Notes: a model not told the origin generated them from the letters alone. A stretch of 64,000 bases of DNA from Torpedo marmorata (GCA_977017645.1 OZ360236.1:6138001-6202000), one strand, 5' to 3'; positions 48,320 to 62,070 are shown, counted from the stretch's first letter. Numbers and translations: made by a program.

Positions 48320-49015
48320 ACCACAGAGCACAACAGCACAGAAACAGGCCCTTCAGCCCATCTAGTCCACACCAAACATTATTCTGCTTAGTCCCATTGA
48401 CCTGCACCTGGACTGTACCCCTCCAATCCATGTACCTATCCAAATTTTTCTTAAATGTCAACATTAAGCCTACATTCACCACTTCAGCTGGCAGCTCGTT
48501 CCACTCTGGAGTTCGCCCTAATGTTCACCCTTAACCCATGTCCTCTAATTCGTCTCATCCAACCTCAGTGGAAGAAACCTGCTTCTATCTACACCCTCAT
48601 AATTTTAGATACCTCTATCAAATCTCCCCTCATTCTTCTATGCTCCAGGGAATAAAGTCTTAACCTCTTTATCCTTTCCCTGTGACTCAGTTCCTCAAGT
48701 GCCAGCAACACCCTTGTAAATCTCTGCACTCTTTCTATCTTATTGATATCTTTCCTATACTTTGGTGAGGCCAAAATTGTGTGCCGTTTTGGTCACCTAT
48801 GTCTTATACAACTTCACCATAACATCCCACCTCCTATACTCTGATTTATGAAGGTCAACGTGCAAAAGCTCTCTGCAACCCTATCCACCTGTGATGTCAC
48901 TTTCAGGAAATTATGTATGTTCTTCCGCACTCCTCAGTGCCCTATCGTTTATGTCCTACCTTGGTTAGTCCTCCCAAAGTGCAACACCTCACACTTGTCC
49001 CCATTAAATCCCATG
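48320..49015 (-). mobile_element. CR1 3' fragment
   Basis: IERVQRFTR..LYSLEHRRMRGDLIEV. Confidence 0.82.
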
Positions 49016-49204
49016 CCGTTAGATGAAGGATCCAGGCCTCGGATTTCCAGCCTGGTGCTGACTCTGCTACTGAATATTGAGAGTGGCATCCAAGGAGGTT
49101 ATTGGCAAGGAACAGGATGCAAGGCTGAGAGCAGCTCTCCCATAACATGCCAACATGAAGCTGGGCATGGGATTGGTACAGTGATACCAGCCTGACAACA
49201 AGGG

Positions 49205-49623
49205 AGGTCATTGAAAGGGTTTTTTTATTTCCCTCATCAGATATGTAATACAGATGTGTAATATTCTCAGGTATGATGGAGATTGACAACAGCACTTGTA
49301 CATGTCAAGGGAATAAAAGTAATGAATGATCAATCTGACATCTATCATGTGTCCCAGAGTTGCACTGGCAACTGGCCAACAGTTTGCTCCTTGTGTGTGG
49401 TGTTCCCTGCAGCAGTTCCTGAGGCACACACAGGTTTCCATCATTGCTGCAGTGACACAGGAATGCCCAAATATTTAACAGATGTCTCCTCTTCCTCCTG
49501 GTCTGGCTGAGCTGAAATAGCAATAGCCTTGGGTGGTTTCTCATTGAATTCACAACGCGGTCCTCAGACAGTTCCAAGTGGTCTCTGTTACTTGTCGTCT
49601 GCTGGGAATCATGGGTTTGCAGT
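49205..49623 (-). other. RALY: Probable non-coding terminal (3'UTR) exon of RALY
   Basis: Minus-strand acceptor ttaacttcttgttttacag| at 49624, unique sequence, minus-strand AATAAA at 49224-49229. The 3' end is approximate. Confidence 0.5.
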
Positions 49624-49764
49624 CTGTAAAACAAGAAGTTAACAGGAAGCAATCTGCCAAACATTCACTAAACACAGTGTGATGGGTGGATTCAATGGGA
49701 AAAGCTTTACATAAATAGCCAGAAAACAAGTAACATAAATAATTACTTGTTGCTCTGATTTCTT

Positions 49765-49970
49765 TCTAATGATCACTCTCCCAGAATTTCTCACCCATTG
49801 GTAACTTGCTCCCAGAATTCCTCATCCAATGTAACTTACTGTCAGAAATTCTTGTCCAAAGATAGCTCTCTCCCAGAATTTGTCATCCAATGATCACTTT
49901 CTCTCAGAATCCCTCGTCCAATGTAACTCGCTGCCAAACATCCTCATTCAATTGTGACCCACTTCCAGAA
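49765..49970. repeat. Degenerate ~30-bp tandem repeat
   Basis: About 6-7 copies resembling AATGTAACTCTCCCAGAATTCCTCATCC. Confidence 0.7.
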
Positions 49971-50709
49971 ACCCACACTGGTCTTAGCTTGAATCAGTCA
50001 TTCTGTTGCTCTAGAAATCTACTAAAACAGCCAATGAGATCACCTGTCATACTGTGCCTTCCCAAGTTGAACTGCCCAAGCCTCTGCAGTTCTGTCTATG
50101 AACTCCCTATGAACTCCCCCTACTTGGCCCAGAAGAGATCAACCATGACTGTATTGAATGGCATGGAGGGCTCCTGCTCCGATGTTCTTGAGTGCGCTGG
50201 AATTCAGTCTGTCATTCTGTGTACAGACCCAGCCATGGAGGACACAACTTCATGATTGAACAGCGCTCATTTAAAACAGGGATGCGAAGAGTGGTGAACC
50301 TCTGGAATTTGCTACCACGGGCAGCTGTGTGTTATGCTTATTCTTTCAAGAAGAACGACTTTACGTGGGTTTAACACTTAACCGACTTTATTTTCCTTGA
50401 GCTGCTTCAACCAATTTCCCGTGACTCCCGTCACATACCACTTCTGGTTTACACCCAACCGCGCACATTGCATGCTGGAAAATGTAGTTCTTATTTACAC
50501 ACATAATAACACACTGAGGAGGCCAAGTTGTTGGGTCTATTTAAGGCAGAGATTGATAGGTATCTGAATAGTCAGGGTATCAAAGGTTATGGGGAGAAGG
50601 CAGGGGAGTGGGGCTGAGTGGGAGAATGGATCAGCTCATGATGGAATGGTGGAGTGGACTCGACGGGCTGAATGGTCTATTTCTGCTCCTATGTCATAGT
50701 CTTATGAAA

Positions 50710-52680
50710 TCTGAGGGGCAGCAAATAAAAGCTGGGGAGTGATGGGGGAGGGGATAACTCTCTGAATGGAGAGGGAAGGGAGTGGGGAGGTGGAGGAAAG
50801 GAGACAGACAGAGAGACAGGGCAGGGGCCTAATGGAAACCAGAGAAGTCAATGTTAATGCCATCTGGTTGAAGAGTGCTGTTACGGACTAACAAGGTCTT
50901 GCTAGCACTAACACAGGAACAGCAATGGAAGATGCATCAGACAGTGGGAAATTCAAAATAATAGTTTTTATTAAACTATTAATCACAGAACATTTCTTAC
51001 TTTAACTCTAAACTTACTTAACTCTAAGCTTAACCCCACTATGCGCGAATGTAATTGTGTAAGTGTGTGTGTGTGTGGTCAGATTTCAAACCATTACAGT
51101 TTAAAACTCAATTCTAGAAAGTCAGTTTTTAAGTCCCGTATTTTAAAGTCTTGTTGAACTTGAAGGTATTTAAAATTGTAGTTCAGAAGTGATTACGAAG
51201 CAAAAGCAAAGCATCAAGTTCTTTTGAATTATTGCTTAAAAGCAGTAATGAAGTATTTGTTAACATTGATTCAGTCCTTAGACTTTTCAAATTCACAAAT
51301 CTTGTTGAGCTTTTTCCCAGGAAGAGATTTCTTCTTAAACTCTCACACTGGTGATCTTCAACTCCCTCTTTTATCTTCTTAAGAGTTATGGAGTTTCTTT
51401 CCACGATGAGGCTGCACCCTTTATTTTCAAAAGAGCAGTCGGGAAGTGGTCTCCCTTTCGAAATCCACTTATTTCTGTATTCCCCTTTGATTAGGAGTAA
51501 CACATAACAGCAACTGTTCCGGTTACTGTAATTCAACTCTGTCCTTTAACAAGGGTCCAACTCCTGTGTTGTCCCACAGGGTCTCGACTTCTGAACCGTA
51601 CTGACTCAAAATGTCTGAATTTGACAATATATTCCTCAAAAAATTCTTGGAAACCATGTGACCACTTACTGGAATCTTTACAGTTGCCAGCTCCAGTTTC
51701 TTGGAAACCATGTGACCTCCATAACTCTGTCTTGCAGACGTCATGACTCCGAAAGATGACCTCACTTCTGAATGTATTGTATGGGTGTCTGTAACCTTGT
51801 TCCAAACCCATTACATTAACTAAAATATATTTATAGGAAATATAGCTTAACAATAACCTAAATATTAATATTAACACAGATCCATTACAAGTACCCAGAC
51901 GTGTTGTTCCTCCAATTTGAGGGTGGCCTTGGTTTGGCAGTGCATGAGACCATGGACAGACATGTCGGTGTGGGAATGGGGCGGGGAATTGAAATGGGTG
52001 GCTACTGGGAGGTCCCCGCTATTGCAGTGGACTGAGCCAAGGTGCTCAACAAAGCGATCTCCCAGTCTGCGCCCAGTCTCTCCGATGTAGAGGAGGGAGC
52101 ACCGGATGCAGTAGGTGACACCTGCAGATTCACAAGTGAAGCGTTGCTTCACGTGCAAGGACTGTTTGGGGCCCAGAATGGTGGTGAGGGAGGAGGTGTG
52201 GGTGCAAGTGAGGCATTTTCTGTGGTCACAGGGGTAGGTGCCAAGGGTGCAGTTGGTAGGAAGGGTGGAGCGGTCCCTGTGGAAAGTGGAGAGGGGTGGA
52301 GAAGATGTGTCTGGCGGTGGGATCACATAGTAGGTGGTGAAAATAGCAGAGAATGACATGTTGGATGTAAAGGCTGGTGGGGTGGTAGGTGAGGACAAGG
52401 GGAATCCTGTTTTTGTTGCAGAGGGGGCCAGGGAAGATGTGCAGGAAATAGAGATGCAGGTAAGGGCTGAGTTGATGGTACTGGAGGGGAAGCCACGTTT
52501 TTTAAAGAAGGATGGCATCTCTGATGATCTGGAATGGAAGACCTCATCCTGGGAGCAGATGCGACGGAGATGGAGGAATTGAGAGAAAGGAATAGAATCT
52601 TTACAGGGAACAAGGTGTGAAGAGGTGTAGTTGAGGTAACTGAAAGTTGGTGGGTTTGTAGAAAATGTCTGTGGAAAAGA
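50710..52680 (-). mobile_element. Penelope-like fragment interrupted by a solo LTR
   Basis: IPFSQFLHLRRICS and GVTYCIRCSLLYIGETGRRLGDRFVEH. Confidence 0.85.
50879..51889 (-). mobile_element. Solo LTR, related to 30800-31963
   Basis: TGTTACGG ... CCATTACA ends; 5-bp flanks AGTGC and AGTAC. Confidence 0.82.
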
Positions 52681-52944
52681 CTCCATCTGCCGTTTCTCTG
52701 CCCAACTCTGCATTCTGTCTGTATCCCATTGTCACTTACAACAACCTGCTACACTATCCATAACATCTCAAACCTTCGCATCATCTGCAAACTTACCTAC
52801 CCTTCCTCGGACAAGACATTAATAAAAATCAGATAGATGTGGAGTGAGCCACCAAGTTAAGGCAGGTACGTTAGCTTCTTTACGAAACACTTGGACACCT
52901 ATGTGGATGGGAGGGGATTGGAAGGGTGGGGGCCTAATGTGGAT

Positions 52945-55240
52945 AAGTGGGACTAAAGCAAATTTAAGTTCTTGGGAGTCACTATCTTGGAGGATCTTTC
53001 CTGGACCCAACACACAAATGGCATCGTGAAGAAAGCAGGTCAGCGCCTCTACTTCCTCGGGAGTTTGCAGAGGATCGGTATGACATCGTAAACCCTGGCA
53101 AATTTCTACAGATGTGTGGTGGAAAGTGTGCTGTCCGGCATCACGGTCTGGTATGGGGACACCAATGCCCCCGAGCGGAAAGCCCAGGGCATCACGGGTA
53201 AAATCTTCCCCACCATTGAGAACATGTATAGGGAACGCTGCCGTCGGAGAGCAGCAGCAATCATCAAGGATCCACACTCTGTTCTCGCTGCTACCATCAG
53301 GAAAGAGGAATAGGTGCCACAAGACTCGCACTACCAGGTTCAGGAACAGCTGCTACCCCTCCACCATTAGACTCCTCAACAACAAACTCAATCAGGGACT
53401 TATTCAAGGACTCTTGCTTTTGCACTTCTTTGATTTTTTTTCTCTATTGCACAGTCAGTTTGTTTACATTTCTTTATTTGTGTGCTGGTGATGCCTCCCT
53501 CCCAGATGCACTGAACAACTTCTACGCACGTTTTGAGGAAAAAAAAAATGATGTAGTGGCAAAGAAGACAACCCCTCCTCCAAATGATCAGGTGCTGTGT
53601 TTCACAGTGGCCGATGTGAGGAGAGTGTTAAGCAAGGCTAACCCACAGAAAGCTGCTGGGCCAGATAACATTCCCGGCAGAGTGCTCAGGGGATGTGCGG
53701 CCCAGCTGGCTGATGTTCTCACCGACATCTTTAACATCTCCCTGACCAGTGCTGTGGTTCCAATGTGCTTCAAAGCCACTACCATCATCCCCGTGCCGAA
53801 GAAGTCCACGGTGTCCTGCCTCAATGACTACCGCCCTGTCGCACTCACATCTACCGTCATGAAGTGCTTCGAGAGGCTCGTCATGAGGCACATCAAGCTT
53901 CTGCTGCCCCCCTCACTGGACCCCCTGCAGTTTGCATATAGATCAAATCGCTCCACAGATGATGCCATCATTACCACCCTCCACCTAGCCCTCACCCACC
54001 TGGAAAATAAGGATGCGCATGTTTGAATGCTGTTTATTGACTTCAGTTTGGCATTCAACACGATCATACCTCAGTACCTGATAGGGAAGTTGAGGGGGCT
54101 GGGCCTAAACTACACCCTCTGTAATTGGATCCTAGACTTCCTGACGGGAAGACCTCAGGCAGTCCGGATTGGAAACAGCACTTTTAAGGTCATTACATTG
54201 AGCACGGGGGCTCCCCAGGGCTGTGTGCTTAGTCCATTGCTGTTCACCCTGCTGACTCATGACTGTGCAGCAAAACACAGCTTGAATCACATCATAAAGT
54301 TCGCTGATGATACAACCGTGGTGGGCCTTATCAGTAAAAATGATGAGTCAGCATACAGAGATGAGGTGCAGTCTCTAATGGAATGGTGCAGAAACAACAA
54401 CCTGCAGCTGAACGTGAACAAAAGAGTTGGTTGTCGACTTCAGAAGGGCCCGGGGGGATCATTCTCCTTTGACCATGGACGGCTCTACCGTTGAGGTCGT
54501 AAAGAGTACCAAGTTTCTTGGTGTACACTTGGTGGAGAGTCTCAGCTGGTCCCTAAACACCAGTTCCATAGTCAAGAAAGCCCAGCAGCGTCTTTACTTC
54601 CTGCGAAGACTGAGGAAAGTTCATCTCCCACCCCCTATCCTTACTACATTCTACAGGGGATGTATTGAGAGCATTCTGAGCAATTGCCTCAGCGCTTGGT
54701 TTGGAAACTGTTCCATCTTGGACTGAAAGACCCTGCAGAGGATAGTGAGGGCAGCGGAGAAAATTATTGGAGTCTCTCTCCCCACCATGACAGACATCTA
54801 CAACACACGATGCATGAGGAAGGCTAAAAACATTGTGAAGGACTTCTCACACCCCTTTGGTAAACTGTTTTCCCCTTTGCCATCTGGAAGGAGGTACCGA
54901 AGCATTCGGGCTCGTACGTCCAGACTGTGCAACAGTTTTTTCCCCCAAGCCATCAGGCTCCTCAATTCCTAGATATATATGTGTATTAGCATGCTATAGT
55001 TTTTTCTATTGTATTATGATATTTATGTACATCTGCCCATGGTCCTGGAGAAACGCTATCTCGTCTTACTGTGTATATGGTAATGAACGACAAATAAAGG
55101 TGACTTGACTTGACTGTACGTTGAGTCAGTTTTTCTTTGCACTGCCAATAAGTGGTAATTCTGCCTCGTCCGCAGGAAAAAGAATCTCAGGGTTGTATGT
55201 GATGTCATGTATTTACTCTGACAATAAATCTGAAATCTGA
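52945..55240 (+). mobile_element. Rex-Babar LINE with a second Rex-Babar subfamily (53481-55113) inserted in its 3' UTR
   Basis: Outer tail AATAAATCTGAAATCTGAA (also seen at 1-88). Inner copy has [39 protein letters not shown] and a (TGACT)n tail. Confidence 0.82.
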
Positions 55241-55491
55241 ATGCAGGGCACGTTGCTCGGTGGGGATGAGCTGGGCCTGTTCCCGTGCCGTGGGACTCCA
55301 CGACTCCCTGACCATGCAGAGTACTATTTACACAAATCAGGAGGGTGGTCTAATGGGCCATCTGAGAGACCAGCTGCTGGTTACTGATTGAAAGCTCCCT
55401 ACATCTCCACACAGTACATTGGAGGATTGTGTAAAGCCAAATTCACAGGAGAAAAGAAAATGTACATAAAATAAAGAAAAATTGATACCTT

Positions 55492-55533
55492 CTATTGTAA
55501 CGTTGCTTCTGCCTCAGCTCTGTGGTTGGCCTC
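55492..55533 (-). CDS. RALY: RALY last coding exon (EANHRAEAEATLQ*)
   Basis: Strong acceptor ttccttcctctctctgcag|; phase 0 matches the preceding exon; ends in LQ-stop like the mammalian RALY terminus (..DDGALQ); AAG|gtatc donor 3 nt after the TAG. Confidence 0.72.
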   Translation of the reverse strand, partial: EANHRAEAEATLQ

Positions 55534-55989
55534 CTGCAGAGAGAGGAAGGAAATAAATCAAAGTGACGAGGAAAGGTTGTTGATAAAGCAGCTAAGGTGG
55601 TGGGTGGTGCCTGGAGGGACTCCTGCGGTCGTGCCTTGGGGCTGAGCGACCGGGAGTTGGCGTGTATTCGGATGCCCTTTGCCTGCGAAGGGCAGTCGCT
55701 GTGCTGCTGCCCCACAGCTCCAGGTGCCAGGGTTTGAACCAAACCTCGGTGCTCTCTGCTGGAATGTGCACCTGTGGCCTGGACTTCCCCCACACCCCCA
55801 GGTTCTTCTATGCTGCTGTTAACAGTCTGCTGCAGACAGAGGAGGTTAATAGAGGGAGGAATCCAGGGGTGCAGGATAAGGGACCCTCGTGCGAGGTACA
55901 ACTCCCCACAGACCCCCGGGTCTCCAAAGGGACTCTCTTTTGCTTCTCTTAATGGTGGGGGCACTTGGCTATGCCAGTGTCACCTCTCT

Positions 55990-56504
55990 GTGGCTATACT
56001 TCATGAGGAGTTTGAGGAGATTTGGTATGTCACCAAAATCTCTTGCAAATTTTCTCAGTTGTACCATGGAGAGCATTCTGTCCGGTTGCATCACTGTCTG
56101 GTACCGAGGTGCCACCGCTCAGGACAAGAAAAAACTCCAGAAAACTCGGCCTGCGACATCATGGGCACCAGTCTCCACTCCATCGAGGACATCTACAAGA
56201 GGTGGTGTCTTAAGAAAGCAGCCTCTATCCTCAAGGACCCCCACCACCCAGGCCCTCTTCTCACTGCTACCATCAGGAAGGAGGTACAGGAGCCTGAAGA
56301 CGAACGCCCAACATTACAAAAACAGCTTCTTCCCCTCTGCCATCAGATTTCTGAATGGACAATGAACCACAGACACTACCTCACTTTATCTTCTTTTGCA
56401 CTAATTTATTTATCTTTTAAATGTAATTTATAGCAATATTTGCACCTGTAATGCTGCTGCAAAACAAATTTTGTGACATGTTCAGGACAATAAATTCTGA
56501 TTCT
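55990..56504 (+). mobile_element. Rex-Babar 3' fragment
   Basis: LYFMRSLRRFGM..LLPSGRRYRSLKT and an ATTCTGATTCT tail. Confidence 0.85.
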
Positions 56505-57528
56505 ACGTGCCTTTACGGTAGATGAGTTTTGTGCATTATTACATGACTCTAAAGGAACCTCGAATCTTGATTGCCATTAATTTTACCTTTACCAGCCCCT
56601 GTTTATGCAACACCTGCTGCTTTGATACCAAAGGCCAGCTGAGGAACCAGCTCTCTGTTCCTCATGTGCACCCAGGCTGTGGTGAACCCTGGAACCTGTG
56701 GCCAGATGGGGAGAATGACTGGGCAGGTTTTTGGTGAGAGCACCGTCGACACCTCGCTGACGATTGAGAGCAGACTGATTGTGGAGACATCGGCCAGATG
56801 GGACTTCAACTGCTCTCTGTGAGCAGGGCATCCTTGGACAATTTCACAGAACTGTAACTGTACTGGACAGGTTGGCTGGAGATGCGGCTAGTTCCTCCGT
56901 TGGGACGTGATCTGGTCCCATCTTCCTCTCAGCTGTTTATGGACACCATGTGCCATGAATTGAAGGCCAAGTCACTGAGCCAGAGATATGCCATTCGGCC
57001 CCACTCATCCATGCTAACCATAATCCCTATCTCCCATTTGCCTGCATCGGACCTGCATTTCCCCACTCCTTTCCTATCCAGTTACATGGCCAAAAGCCTT
57101 TAAAATATTGACATTGCATCCACCTCCATTACCCCCTTCCTCTAGCGCTTGTTCCATATACCCTCCACCATCTGTGTGAAAATCCTCCCACCGTTCAAAA
57201 AACGTACCTGGGTTGTAGGACAATTGGGTGTAATTGGGCAGCATCGGCTCATGGGCTGAAAGGGCCTGTTACCGTGGTGTATGTCTAAGTTTTAAAAATT
57301 TAATTACTGTAGTCTGGTTAAAGACATCAGTGAGTGTTTATTTCACAGTGGAACAGCCCTTCTGCACCCTCTGGTGGTGATGTTAGGTACCCCGGTGTTA
57401 AAGAGAACAATGAAAAGGTTTCTCCATCCTCAGTTTTTTATGGATTCCACCAAGCAGTGAAATCTGTGTGTTCAACCATCTCCTTACGTGGACCAGGTTC
57501 GACCAATCGGTGTTACTGTCATCTAAAA

Positions 57529-57765
57529 CAGCCATTCTCAACCTTATTTTGGCTACGGCCCCCTTCGGACTCTGCTCAACGTTTATGGGCCCCCTTCCCT
57601 GTGAAGCTGTCCAGTTTTGGTTTCTTCCATACTTCTTTCCTACAGACTACATAAAAAAAAACATTAAAAATATTTATGTGACGTGAGGTGAAAAGAAAAC
57701 GAGGCTTTTACTTAAATGTGCTGTGGCCCCCAGGGGGGCTGTCGGGCCCTCGTTGAGAATGGCTG
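57529..57765. mobile_element. hAT-type MITE, sister of 14723-14939
   Basis: TIR CAGCCATTCTCAAC / GTTGAGAATGGCTG. Confidence 0.8.
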
Positions 57766-58588
57766 GTCCACACGATCCAAAGGATGAGAGAAAACAGTCT
57801 GTATTTCAAGTGTCTTCACAAGGTGCCTCCAAACATTTCTGTAATATATGGAACACACCACCAATGTTCAGCAAGCAACCCCTCCCTCTCGCCAAAGAAC
57901 TCAAATGACCAGTTTATCTGCTCTTTAGCCAACAAGCTGGAGGGGTTCAGCAGGTTAGGACCCTTTATTGGGGCCATTTCTCTCCACGGACGCTGCCTGA
58001 TCTGCTGAGTCCCTCCAGCTTCTCATTGTTTGCTCAAGGTTCCTGTGCTTCTCTTTCAGCTCTTTCGTTTTGGCGACGAGTTTAAACGTTGATGGGAAGG
58101 AGTCTCCATTTCTTCATGGGGTCTCGACAACAGGCCAGACTCAGCTCAACTCAAGCTCCTACCCTAACCACAATCGAGGACGCTGCCTCTGACCACACAG
58201 GAGTCTGCCTGGGCGTCTGCATTCAGATCTCGCAGGTGGGACGAGAGCTCCGGTCTTGAAATCCTGTCCCCAGACAGTGACCACTGGTGTGCCAAAAACA
58301 AAGGCGGACCAGGAGCAGCGGCACACAGGCGCAGTCAGCACAGTTTCTGCCTGACAGCTCCAGTGACCCAGGTTCGATCCCGACCTCCGGCACTGTCTGG
58401 GTGGAGTTTGCAGGCTTGAAAACACGACCCTTCAGATTCAAGGACAGTTTCTTTCCTGCTGTTAACAGACTTCTGAATGAACCTCACACTGGTAAAAGAT
58501 GATGTCCCTGCACTCTTTAACTGCACTTTTCTCTGTACCTCCCACTTTCCCTTTGTAATACTATACCCTGCACTCTTGTTTTATTGTT

Positions 58589-58845
58589 GGGCGGCATGGT
58601 TAGCGTAGCGATTAGCGCAGTGCTATTACAGCGCCAGCGTCCTGGGTTCAAATCCGATGCTGTCTGTAATAAGTGTGTACATTCTCCCCACATCTGCGTG
58701 GGCTTCCTCTGGGTGCTCCGGTTTCCTCCCACCCTCCAAAGATGTACAGGGTTAGTAGGTTAATTGATCATGTGGGTGTACTTGGGTGGCACGGGCTCAT
58801 GGGCCGGAAGGGCCTGTTACCGATCTGTATGTCTAAAATTAAAAA
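58589..58845 (+). mobile_element. V-SINE (HE1-like), near full length
   Basis: A-box-like TGGTTAGCGTAGCG, B-box GGTTCAAATCC, V-domain and tail. Confidence 0.85.
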
Positions 58846-59255
58846 ATATATAAATACCTGCTGTAATTAAGTATGGGTTGACTTGCTTGTATAGCGCGCA
58901 AAACAAAGCTTTTCCCTCTATCTCAGTATACGTGACCGTAAACAATTCATTTCAGTTCTCCCTGTGGTCGCATGGGTTTCCCCCGGGTCCATTGGTTTCC
59001 TCCCACATCCCAGAGAGGCACTGGTTGGTGGGTGAAGTGTATGGATGAAGGAGTTGATGGGAATGTGGGGAGAGTCGGTTGCTGGGAAAATGAGTGGGGA
59101 AGGAGATTGTTCTGTGGGCCAGCACAGGCTCGAAGGGCCGATTTGAACCTTCTGAGACAACAGGAGATATGGACGAAGCCGTCAGTGAGGTTTCCATCTC
59201 CAACCCTGACTGCTGCCAGTACGCTCCTCGCTGCCGTCCTACATGCTACACTCAC

Positions 59256-59419
59256 CGTTTCATCCTCGCAGTCATTGTCTTCCACTGCTTCACCCAGTTC
59301 CAGGGCCGCATCAGCCTCATACACCTCGAACGCCTCCTCCGTCACCATCTCAGCTGTTTCTGAAGCGGAATCTCCATGAGACAACTCAGTCCTTCCCTCG
59401 TCAGCCTTCTTCCTGGTTT
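59256..59419 (-). CDS. RALY: RALY-family hnRNP, acidic penultimate coding exon (164 bp)
   Basis: Minus-strand acceptor tttgcatctttctccag| and donor |gtgagt; translates (E)TRKKADEGRTELSHGDSASETAEMVTEEAFEVYEADAALELGEAVEDNDCEDET, similar to the acidic tail of RALY/RALYL. The RALY assignment rests on the known tail-to-tail EIF2S2-RALY synteny. Confidence 0.78.
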
Positions 59420-60559
59420 CTGGAGAAAGATGCAAACTCAGATAAAAAGAGGGAATGTGTCTCCTGTACAGGAATGCCCACACTTCAAGGCACAAGGTAA
59501 CCAATGAGAGTCATACAGCACGGAACAGCTCCTTCGGCCCAACTCATTCCTGCCGACCAATTTGGCATTCTAGGCTAGTCTGTAACCATCATATTGTATC
59601 AATGGAAAACACTCAGCAGGTCAGGTAGCATCTGTGGAGAGACAATCAGAGCCTCATGTTTCAGGTCAATAATCTTTCTTCAGAACTCGGAATGCTGGAG
59701 ACAAAAAAAAAAAAAAGTTTTGCAATCCAAATGAGATGGGTAGGTCCAGAGAGAGCAGAGAGGAAGGTCTGTATGTGGGATGGTGGGTAACAGGGGTTCG
59801 GTGAGAATAGCAACAGGCTGGGCTTAAGCAGCATGAATAGATGCGATTGCTGGAAATTACCAGAAGATTAATAATATTATAAAAAAACCAATATAATCTA
59901 TTCCAAAAGCAAGGTTACACTAACCAAGAACCTTAATGGGCACCTCGAGTTTCCAGTCATTTCAACTCCCCTCCCTGTTCTCTGCGGAGTTTTCTGCCCA
60001 AGGAAGCAGGAGAGGCTGCCTGACAGAAAATACTTAGGACACAGATTTTTGACCAGCAGGGGAATTAAAGGTTATGGGGAATGGGCGGGTACGTCAAGCT
60101 GAGTCCACGGTCAGATCACCCGTTATCTTATTGACTGGCAGAGCAGGCTCGACAGGCCAGATGGCCGACTCCTGCTCCTGTTCCCACCGCTCTGTCCTTC
60201 CTCGGCCTTCGCTGCCTTGGGAAAGTCAACACACAAAAGAGGACCAAGACAGATGTTCCGTGTGGGTGGCCATCAGCCCTATCAGAAGAACGGTGAATTT
60301 ACAACTCCAGGTCACCCATGCCATGTTCGTTCCCATCCTTACCCAGGTTTACTAATTCCAACGAGCACTCCTCCAACCCCCCCCCACCCCCCACAGTTAC
60401 CGTCCCCCACCTGCCTCCGTCTGCCCACCATCCCCCCGAGATGGCAGGACCTTCTGCTGCCAACCTTCACACCTGTTGGCCGTTCCCACACTGACCTGTT
60501 TGCCCTCAGCCTCATCCATTGGCAGGGTGAGGTCACACATGAACCTGAGGAACAATACA

Positions 60560-62070
60560 TCACTTGGAGTATTGTGAGCAGTTTTGGGCTCCTCATTTAA
60601 GAAAGGATGTGCTAAGGCTACAGAGGGTGCAGAGGAGGTTCACAAGGATGATTCCAGGAAGGAAAGGGTTATCATATGAGGAGCGTTTGACAGCTCTTGT
60701 CCTCTACTTGTTAGAATTTAGGAAAATGAGGGGGGATTTCATTGAAACATTTCAGTACAGTCAGTACGAATTGGGAACAACGTCTCCTCCTCATTGATTA
60801 TCAACACAGGCGCACCCCAAGGATGCGTGCTTAGCCCACTGCTCTACTCGTTATACACCTATGACTGTGTGGCCAGGTACAATTCCAATGCCATCTACAA
60901 GTTTGCCGATGACACCACAGTTGTCGGCAGAATCACAAACGGCAATGAGGAAGCGTACAGGAGGGAGATAGATCAGCTCGTTGAATGGTGTAATGGCAAC
61001 AACCTTGCGCTCAACGTCAGCAAACCAAGGAGATGATTGTGGACTTCAGGAGGAAGTCAGGGGAACACGACCCAGACCTCATAGAGGGTCAAGATCTTTA
61101 AATTCCTGGGTGTCAACATTTCCGAGGATCTGTTCTGGAGCCTCCATGTTGATGCAATCACAAAGACGGCTCGCCAGCGGCTATACTTTGTGAGGTGTCT
61201 GAGGAGATTCGGTATGACACCGAAGACTCTCGTAAACTTCTACAGGTGTACCGTGGAGAGCATTCTGGCTGGTTGCATCACTGCCTGGTATGGAGGCACC
61301 AACTCTCAGGGCAAGAATAAACTCCAGAGGGTTGTTAACTTGGCCTATGACATCACAGGCACCAAACTTCACTCCATCGAGGTCATTTACATGAGGTGGT
61401 ATCTTAAAAATGCAGCCTCTATCCTCAAAGACCCCCACCACCCAGGCCATGCCCTCTTCACTCTGCTACCATCGGGAAAAAGGTACAGGAGCCTAAAGAC
61501 GAGTGCTCAACGGCACAAGGACAGCTTCTTCCCCGCTGCCATCAGATTCCTAAATAATCAATGAACCAAAGACACTGCCTTACTTTTCGTGCACTATTAT
61601 TTATATATATTTTTTTATAGTAATGTCGTAAGATGGTTATAATATGAATGTTTGCACTATGATGAAACCGCAAAACACTGAATTTCATGACAATAAAATT
61701 CTGATTCTGAATGTTGAAAGGCATGAACAGAGTAGATGTAGAAAGGTTGTTTCCGATGGTGGGAGAGTCTAGCTCAAGAGGGCACAACTTCAGGATTGAA
61801 GGGCGTTCGATTTGAACAGAGATGTGTAGGAATTTACTTCGCCAGAGGGTGATGAATCTGTGGAATTTGTTGCCACAGATGGTAATGGAGGCCAAGTCAT
61901 TGGGTGTATTTAAGGGAGAGATCGATAGGTTGTTGATTAGCCAGGGCATCAAGGGATATGGGGAGAAGGCCGGGCTCTGGGGCTGAATGGTAAGATAGAT
62001 CAGCTCATGATTAAATGGTGGGTAAGACTCGATGGGCCGAATGGCCTATTTCTGCTCCTATGTCTTGTTT
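60560..62070 (+). mobile_element. CR1 3' fragment with a Rex-Babar LINE (~60755-61710) inserted
   Basis: CR1 reads ..MRGDFIETF and resumes ATGTTGAAAGG after the Rex ATTCTGA tail. Confidence 0.88.

Noticed and set aside
58589-58665. tRNA-like A/B boxes as tRNA genes
   Set aside because: They are SINE heads continuous with the V-domain and tail.
58947-59504. 185-aa single-exon acidic protein
   Set aside because: Only 59256-59419 is bounded by splice sites; the flanks are intron and repeat sequence.
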